Assembly (NCBI GenBank): GCA_043228905.1
Contig: JBHGNT010000020.1
Coordinates: forward strand, 14,074,001 to 14,138,000
Source of the DNA: Azolla caroliniana
Lineage: Eukaryota > Plantae > Polypodiophyta
DNA: 64,000 bases
Direction of reading: 5' to 3'
The notes under the pieces are model-generated. The model did not search any database and was not told where the DNA came from. It was given only the letters and a program-made list of their open reading frames with translations. Numbering within the stretch: the stretch's first letter is position 1; each line of letters begins with the position of its first letter. Of the stretch, positions 55,391 to 64,000 are shown piece by piece. The translations under genes were made by a program, and so were the position numbers.

Positions 55391-55927
55391 GGGTCTTTGC
55401 TCGAACTCTCAGGGCGGGACCACGGGGGTCTCAGACGAGGGAAGAAGGGAAGCCGAGAAGACGATTCCGGATGCGTTCCGGAAGCAACCGAACAAGAGAG
55501 AGAAAGAGAGAGAGAGAGCGCTTGACACCGACTCACACCCACACACACACACCACGCCGACCCAACTCACGCCCTTATGTACAGAAACGGAGGTAAGAGA
55601 ACACCAAAACACCCACACAAACGTCGATATGCAGAACCCTCCATGCATATATTACAAGACTAAGATACAATATTGGTATCAAGCCTGACCTAAGTAGCTC
55701 AAGTTACAACAGTCGTCTACTGCCAAGCCGCCGGTCGGGGAGCTCTCGGGCTTGTCGTGCCGAGCGGGGTCTTGTATAGAGAACGGGTAGAAAACAAGAA
55801 CACGAGATGCCAAGGCTCGACACTCAGAATGAAGAAGAGGAAGAAGCAGAGGCAAGAAGAAGAAAAATGAAACCCTAAACAAGAGGAAGGGAAAGAGAAA
55901 GAGAGGACATCTCTTAATCTAACGGTA

Positions 55928-56530
55928 TGTAGAGTAATCGACGCTCCGATTAACCTTCACTACTCGGCCACAACCGAGTAAGCACGAATCAATGCAGCAA
56001 AAAATAGGAACCACAGAGAAAGAACACGAATACTCAGGGATTAACGTGGAAAACCCTAGACGGGAAAAACCACGGGAGTACAAGACTCCAAACCAAACAC
56101 TATGCACAGAGAAATATACAATGGCGAGCTGCAAGGCGACGACCTTGAGCTCGTTGTCCTTGCCACAGGCGGCGGAAATACACAGAGGCGTCGACCTCCT
56201 CCTCTCTCACGCTCTATCTCTCTCACGGCTGCTCTCTCTTCACTCCTCTTGAGTGGAAAAACAGAAAAATGAGAAGCAACATTAAAACTGTTTGCCCTAA
56301 GTCATATTTATACACATATGACTTTGGGGCTATTTACAACTATAGCCTCAAGGGCCCTTGGCAAACATATTCACAGATATGTCCCCGCATCCGGATCTCG
56401 CTCCGGGTACATTCGTCATCCAGCTCCGAAGCCGGGGTCTTCATCATCCGGTTCCGAAACCGAAACCGGGCTTGTCGGCATTCATCTCCGACATCCGACC
56501 ATCCCATCCGAAGGGACCGTAATCCCAACA
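55928..56530 (-). repeat. 3' LTR of Copia J
   Basis: Repeat of 60644-61246. Confidence 0.96.
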
Positions 56531-56540
56531 AACTCCCCCT

Positions 56541-59500
56541 TCACTTCGGCATGGGATGTCTTTCCAATCCGATCCTCTTCCGGCATGCTTCCAGCTTGTC
56601 GGGTGTGAGCACCTTGGTCAGCATATCCGACCCGTTCTCGTCCGTGTGGACCTTCGTCAGCACGAACTCCTTGTCTTCTATCCTTTCCCGGATCCAGTGG
56701 TATCTACGCTGGATGTGTTTCGTCCGGGAATAGTAGGCCGCGTTCTTCGCAAGGTGGATGGCACTCTGACTATCGCAGTAGAGTCGGTACTCCTCCTGTC
56801 GGATACCGAGCTCTCTAATGAAGTCCTTCATTCATATTATTTCCTTGTCGGCTTCAACAGCCGCCATGTACTCCGCCTCCGTGGTTGACAACGCAACCGT
56901 CTTCTGCAGCCTCGACTGCCATGAAACCGCTCCCCCTGCATACGTCATCACATACCCTGATGTGGACCGGCTGGTATCTGCATCAGCCGACATATCCGAA
57001 TCGGTAAAGCCGTCGAGTTCGGGCTTACCGGAGCCGAATCGGAGGCACACGTTTGCCGTGCCCTTCAGGTATCGGAGTATCCACTTGGCCGCGTTCCAAT
57101 GCTCTTTGCCGGGATTGCTCATGTACCGACTCACCACTCCGACTGCATATCTGATGTCCGGTCGGGTACACACCATTGCGTACATCAAGCTCCCGACGGC
57201 AGAGGCATATGGTACTTTCATCATGTCCTCCTTCTCAGCCTTTGTCTTGGGGCTTTGCTTGCTGGACAACTTGCAGTTTGCCGGGAGGGTCGATCCGACC
57301 GGTCTTGCTTCCGACATGTTGAACCGGTGAAGCACCTTTGTCACGTACTTCTCCTGTGACAGCCACAACTGCTTCTTGCTCCGGTCCCGGATGATGTGCA
57401 TCCCTAGTATTTGTCTCGCCGGACCCAAGTCCTTCATTGAGAAGGTTCGGTGAAGAGCCTTCTTCAGCATCCGTATCTTGACCTGGTCTCGTCCGACGAT
57501 CAACATGTCGTCCACGTACAGGAGGAGTATTAGAAAGTCTCCTCCTTCGAACTTCTTCACAAACACGCAGTGGTCGGACTGCGTTTTGAGGTACCCTTCG
57601 TCGGTCATGAAGGAGTCGAACTTCCGGTACCATTGCCGGGGAGCCTGTTTCAGTCTGTAAAGGCTCTTCTTTAACCGGCATACCAGGTGCTCCTTCCCTT
57701 TCTTCTCGAATCCTTCCGGTTGCTGCATGTAGATCTCTTCTTCGAGGTCACCGTGAAGGAATGCCGTCTTCACGTCCATCTGTTCTACCTCGAGGTCCAT
57801 GCTTGCCGCTATGCTCAGCACCGTTCGGATGGAGGTCATCTTCACTACCGGGGCAAATATCTCGTCGAAGTCGACGCCCTTCTTCTGCTGAAACCCCTTC
57901 ACCACGATCCTAGCTTTGTATCTCGGGGGGTTTCCGGCATCTCCCGGTTTCAGCTTGAACACCCACTTGTTTCGAAGTGCCCGCTTTCCTTTCGGCAACT
58001 CCACAAGTTCATATGTGTGGTTCTCATGCAGGGAATCCATCTCGTCCTGCATGGCACTCAACCACCTGCGGCTCTGGGTGTCATGCTTTGCTTCTTCAAA
58101 GCTCTCCGGCTCCCCCTCGTCGGTTAGCAACAGGTGCTCTGGTTCCGGAAATCTCCGGGGGGCCCTTCTCTCTCTTAGAGGATATCTCCGTTCCGGAGCT
58201 TCGGTGACCGGTTCTTCCGATTCTTCTTCATCCGAATCCATTTCGGGATCGGGGCCGGTTCCGGTATCATTTTCATCTTCTTCGGCCGGTTCTGTTTCTT
58301 CACCGTCTTCGGCCGGATCCTCGAGTGCTAACCGGTCCCTTGCCGGTCGGGACTGCTCCTCGTAGAGTTGATCCTCACCGGTCGACTTGGAGCTCTTCAT
58401 CTTCTTCTCCGACTCCCAGTCGGCGAGTGTCTTGTTCTCCATGAAGATGATATCACGACTCCGGAATATCTTCTTGTCGACCGGGTCCCATACTCGGTAG
58501 CCGAACTCGTCATCGCCGTAACCGAGGAATATGCATGGCCGGGTCTTTGGATCTAGCTTTCCTCTCCGGTCCTTTGCCACATGCACGTATGCGAGACACC
58601 CGAACACCTTCAGATGCCGGTAGGACACTTCCTTACCGGTCCACACTTTCTGCGGCGTGTCTCCGTCCAAAGGTACTGAGGGTGATCTATTTATCACATA
58701 TGTCGCCGTCGACATTGCCTCAGCCCAAAACCCCTTGGGTAATTTCGCATGCGCCAGCATACTCCGGACCCTCTCCATTATGGTCTGGTTCATCCTCTTG
58801 GCCAGCCCGTTCAGTTCCGGCGTCTTCGGCACAGTAAACTCGAGCCGGATTCCTTTCGAGCGACAGTACTCCGCGAACTGCCCCCGGTATTCCCCTCCGT
58901 TGTCCGCTCGTATCGCTTTCAGCTTCTTGCCGGATTCTCTTTCCACTCTCGCGTGGAGTTCTTTGAAGACGGACAACACTTGGTCCTTTGTCTTCATCGG
59001 TGCCGTCCACAGTCTTCGGCTATGATCATCTATGAATGTTACGAAGTACTGGGCTCCGCCATGTGACTTCGTTTCTACCTGACACACATCGGTGTGCACC
59101 AACTCCAATGGTGCGCTACGTCTCGTCGGTGGCCTTGAGTGGAAGGAGGTTCGGTTCTGCTTACCGGCCAGGCAATCGGTGCACTTCTCCAGGTGCACAT
59201 GCTTCACTGGAATAAGGTTGTCTTCTGCAAGCCTCTTCATCCCCTTCTCACTCATGTGGCACAGTCTTTTGTGCCACAGCTCACCGGCAGTGTCGGCTGC
59301 CACATTCAGCTCTTCCGGACATAACCGGGCATTCATCAGGTACAGTGTGTTGACTTTCCGGGCCCGAGCCACTATCAGGCTCCCCTTGCTGAACTTCATT
59401 ACGCCGTTCCGGATGCTACCTGTGTAGCCTTCGTCATCTAGCCTTCCGGCCGAAATCAGGTTCAATCGAACCTCCGGAACGTGTCGGACATCCTTCAACA

Positions 59501-60614
59501 GCATTTTGCATCCGGTCGGGGTTGTCAACCACACGTCTCCTATGCCGGCAATCCGGCACGTACCTTCATTTCCCATCCGAACACAGCCATGCTCACCGGC
59601 TGTGTAGGATGAGAAGTATCTTCTTTCCGGGGTCAGGTGGAACGACGCTCCGAAATCGACCACCCAGGTCGTCTCATCGCCGGCAATGTTTAGCTCACCT
59701 TCTTCGGTGATGAGCATGATTTCTTCCTCACTTGCCGCGAGTGCCGTCGTTCCTTTCCTGTCCTGCCCTCGCCGATCCGAACCATTCCGGTCCGTGGCTC
59801 CCCGGTAAGCCCCGTTTCGTTCCGAAGACTTCTTCGAATCGGTGTCGTCGGCTCTGTTGTCTTTTCGGTAATGCCGACAATTCTTTCGGAAGTGCCCCGG
59901 CTTCCCACAGTGGAAGCATGTGGGCCTTCCTCTTGACTACGACCGGGTCCCCGACTTCTCCCGTCTTTGCGGACTCCGGTTCCGTTGTCTTCCCCGATCC
60001 GATTCGGTAAACAACATCTTCGGATCGGAGGCCGGTTCTTTATCTCTCCGACGCGCTTCTTCGTTCAAAATACTTGTCTTTACCATTTGTAGGGACAAGT
60101 TATCTTCCGTGCAGGAGGTGCTGAGAGTCACCACCAAGTTCTCCCAGCTTTCCGGCAATGTACACATCAGGATGATGGCTTGCATTGCATCCTCCAACGG
60201 GAACTTGATCGCCGCAAGCTGGTTCACGAATCCCATGAACGTGCTTACGTGTTCCACCATACTCTCGCCGTCCCGGTACTTGAGGTTCACTATCTTCCTC
60301 ATCAGGGAGGTCCGGTTCAACGCATTCTTCCTCTCGTAGAGGCCCGACAGCTTCCGCCACATCTCATATGCGTTGGTGTCGTTCGCCACATGTTGTAGAA
60401 CGCTCACGTCTACGTATTGCCGAATGGTTGCTACGGCTTTCCGGTTCAGAAGCCTCCATTCCGACTCAAGTACCCCCTTCGGTATTTCCGACCTGTCGAT
60501 CGGTTCGTACAGGTCCCGAACAATCAGAAGATCCTCCATCTTGATCTTCCAGTCGGCGTAATTCTGCGCATTCAGCACCATCATCCCCGGCTGCCCGCTG
60601 CCGCCGCCTTCCAT
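56541..60614 (-). pseudogene. gag-pol: Copia J gag-pol with two in-frame stops
   Basis: Collinear with the G ORF; CAG>TAG at 59937-59939 and TGG>TGA at 56832-56834. Confidence 0.93.
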
Positions 60615-60643
60615 TTTCTGCAGCAGTCGCTCTGATACCAGTT

Positions 60644-61246
60644 TGTAGAGTAATCGACGCTCCGATTAACCTTCACCACTCGGCCACAACCGAGTAAGCA
60701 CGAATCAATGCAGCAGAAAATAGGAACCACAGAGAAAGAACACGAATACTCAGGGATTAACGTGGAAAACCCTAGACGGGAAAAACCACGGGAGTACAAG
60801 ACTCCAAACCAAACACTATGCACAGAGAAATATACAATGGCGAGCTGCAAGGCGACGACCTTGAGCTCGATGTCCTCGCCACAGGCGGCGGAAATACACA
60901 GAGGCGTCGAACTCCTCCTCTCTCACGCTCTATCTCTCTCACGGCTGCTCTCTCTTCACTCCTCTTGAGTGGAAAAACAGAAAAATGAGAAGCAACATTA
61001 AAACTGTTTGCCCTAAGTCATATTTATACACATATGACTTTGGGGCTATTTACAACTATAGCCTCAAGGGCCCTTGGCAAACATATTCACAGATATGTCC
61101 CCGCATCCGGATCTCGCTCCGGGTACATTCGTCATCCGGCTCCGAAGCCGGGGTCTTCATCATCCGGTTCCGAAACCGAAACCGGGCTTGTCGGCATTCA
61201 TCTCCGACATCCGACCATCCCATCCGAAGGGACCGTAATCCCAACA
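60644..61246 (-). repeat. 5' LTR of Copia J
   Basis: Adjacent to PBS. Confidence 0.96.
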
Positions 61247-61451
61247 CGGTATACCCTACTAATACAAAATGGGCAACCTCTTCACCAAGGGCACTCCCTT
61301 CTTTTTATAGAACAAGGAGAGGGACCCGTAACATCGTGGGATAAATCCCTTATTACATGGGATTCTTGTCCCGACTTGATTACTCTTCGGCGCCATAAAG
61401 GCGCCCTCGTTATTTCCCGGTTTCCGCCTCTACCCGAAATTCTTCACGATA

Positions 61452-64000
61452 GCGGAATGCTTGAGAGACATGGGAAAGCCTTTGCCTTCTCTCCACAAGA
61501 GATCGGATGTGCTGACCCGAAGATGATAGAGCCGATGGGATGTTTACGGTGCCGCATGTACCTTGGAACCTCAAGCCAATACCGGTTCCAAGAGCTCACA
61601 TTCCAAAGTTGATTGAGCTTCTAAAGGAGAAGGTTAGGATGGGAATTCTTGAGCCATCCAATGCTCCCTACTCTAATAGATGGTTTAAGGTGCCGAAGAA
61701 GAACGGGTCCTTACGCTTTATACAAGATCTCCAACCCGTCAACAAGGTGACGATCTGAAATGCCGGAATTGGTCCAAGCATGGATGAATTTGCCGAAGCC
61801 TTCGCGGGAAGATCGATCTATTCCATTGGTGATCTCTACTCAAGTTATGATCAATTTCAATTGGCCGTCGATAGTAGAGATATAACGACAATGAGGACGC
61901 CGATTGGGTTGGTAAGGATGTGCACCTTACCCCAAAGTGCGACAAATTTTGTAGCCCACATGGTGAATGCCATGAACAAAGTGTTGAGGGATTGTATCCC
62001 TGATATCACAATGCCCTTCTTAGACGACATTCCAATCAAAGGATGCTTGGTGGAAGAAAAAGATGAATCAAAAGATGACGATGGTCGCCGAAGATTCGTC
62101 ATCAATCATATAAAGGATAGCGAGAAGGTGTTGCAAAAGCTTGAGGATGCAAATCTCACGTTTTCGGGAGAGAAGTCTGCATTCGGTCAACCAGAAATAT
62201 TGGTAGTAGGACACTTATGTGGGTCTTATGGCCGGAAGCCATCTCCATCCAAGGTGAACGCTATTCAAGAGATGAAAGAAGAATGTGTGTCTCAAATGGA
62301 GGTGTGAAGATTCTTGGGAGCATGTGCATTCTATCACATATGGATTCCACATTATGCCCATGTCGTTGAACCATTGTATGGACTATTAAAGAAAAGGAAG
62401 AATTTTGAATGGGAAGATGAGCATACCTACGCGATTCAAAAGCTAAAGAAACTATTATTGGAAGCTCCAGCACTGCGCAAAGCCGACTACACCGATGGTA
62501 CCCCGATATATGTGATGGTGGATACAAGCCCAACCGGAATTGGATGAGTGATAAACCAAGAAGACAAAGAAAAGAATCGGTATGCAATCCGATTCGGTGC
62601 GAAGGTGTTAACCGAAAGACAAAGGAAGTATGCCCAAGTAAAGAGAGAGCTATGGGGAATAGTACCCGCGGTTAGAACCGACCGTGACTACCTTATAGGA
62701 ACAGAGGTCATAATCGAAACCGATTGTCTACCTATTCTCGGAATGATATCCGGTTGTGCTACACCGGATATTGCTATGCTGCGATGGATTGCCTATATCA
62801 AGTCCCTCAACCCCGAGATTCGGCATATAAATGGGAAGCATAATGTGGTGGCCGATATGTTGTCAAGGGTGAGGTATCAGGGTGATGAAGATTGGCACTC
62901 CGAAGAAGAGGATGTTGGCCTAAAGTTCTTTACGGTTTCTTGTGCTCGGGTGCTAGCAGTGTTCAAAGTAGAATATTATGAGGGTGAATTCATCGAAATT
63001 GGCAAATACTTAAGCTCTCTTACAAAAGATGAATCATGGTCAAAGGAAGACTTCTACCAAATTAGGAAGAAGGCCTACAAGTTCTTCCTCAAAGAAGGAC
63101 ATCTTTGGAAGTTTCCAAAGAAGAAGAATGGAACTCCACTTCGGGTGGTGTGCAAGAAACAGGATCAACAAACACTAATTGTTGAATTTCATGATAGCGT
63201 GTGGGTAGGTCATCGTGGCATATGGGCAACATTTGCAAAGCTCAAGGAGAAGTATTGGTGGTCGGGTGTTTACAAAGATGTTGCAAGCTATGTTGAAACA
63301 TGTGAGCAATGCCAATTATACTCGAAAATTCAACATAGGGATGAACTTCATCCGACATATCCATTATCGATGCACTATAAGTGGTTGGTAGACATAGTGG
63401 TTATGCCAATGGGATTGGGGCAAATGAAATATCTTGTGCTATCAAGAGAGGATCTCACCAACCAAGTAGAAGGATGGGCGCTAAGGAATAAAACAACTTC
63501 GGCGGTTTGTAGGTTTCTCCTTGAAGATGTTATTTGTCGATACGGATGTGTCGGCAAAATAGTGACCGATAAAGGAGAATTAGATGCGAATGAAGCTAAA
63601 GAGTTCTTTTCAAGAATAGGCATCAAATTATCGCTCACCATGGCATACAACCCGGACGCAAATGGGAAGGTGGAACGAGGACATAGTCCAATTGTAAAAG
63701 CTCTAGCAAAGGCTTGCGACGGCAAGATGGGAAATTGGCCACGATTACTACCTTATGCATTGTGGGCAGATAGAACTACACATAGCACGATTATGGGATA
63801 TATGCCCGCCGAACTCATATTAGGACAAAAACCAATAATGCCTATTGAGCAAAGTGTTGCTTCGTGGACATCTTTCCCATGGCAAGAGGAAATGAGTCAG
63901 GAAGACTTGCTAGCCACGAGGATTCAACAATTAGAACGAAGGCCCGAAGATGTCGAGTTGGCAATAGAACGGTTGCGCCAAGCTCAATTGAAGAACAAGG
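61452..64000 (+). pseudogene. pol: Degenerate AT-rich pol (K) related to C/D/H, runs off window
   Basis: HGKAFAFSP, PWNLKPIPVPRAH, MPFLDDIPIKG, VDTSPTG, DKGELDANE...NGKVER; several stops. Confidence 0.9.

Larger units (their letters stand above)
55928..61246 (-). mobile_element. Full-length Copia J (G family)
   Basis: 603-bp LTRs 55928-56530 and 60644-61246 (about six differences seen); TSD CGGTA; Met PBS complement 60629-60640. Confidence 0.97.
53452..61451 (-). mobile_element. E-family element E2 (5' LTR split by Copia J; U5 end/PBS deleted; 3' truncated)
   Basis: Internal region homologous to 37570-39303; LTR 55411-55927 + 61252-61451 homologous to 23870-24616. Confidence 0.8.

Overview
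No host gene is recognisable. The window is a nest of plant-type retrotransposons, probably non-seed-plant (moss-like) heterochromatin; this is inferred from Tcn1-like chromoviruses plus plant tRNA-iMet and tRNA-Trp primer sites. Left to right: degenerate Copia A inside a Tcn1-like Gypsy; Copia B (3610-23639) containing Gypsy C (7742-22329), which contains the intact same-family Gypsy D (9707-17036); non-autonomous gag-only element E (minus) containing Copia F (25579-36994), which contains intact Copia G (30384-35875); a head-to-head junction to element end E', whose LTR contains Gypsy H (40313-47610); a minus Tcn1-like chromovirus, LINE, Gypsy and Copia scraps; a second E copy (E2) containing Copia J (55928-61246); and an old AT-rich relative (K) of C/D/H. 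The most interesting system is the C/D/H family with its E-type partners. All six readable 4-bp target junctions are centred on CpG. The integrase has DD(34)E spacing, with the one-residue deletion at the target-DNA-contacting position. Protease sits in the gag frame, and RT-RH-INT is apparently reached by a -1 frameshift (GGATTTT plus predicted pseudoknot). Copia G and J share the TSD CGGTA, and Copia F has a ~240-aa Pol extension between two PPTs. Mismatch counts are by eye and lineage names are not database-verified.
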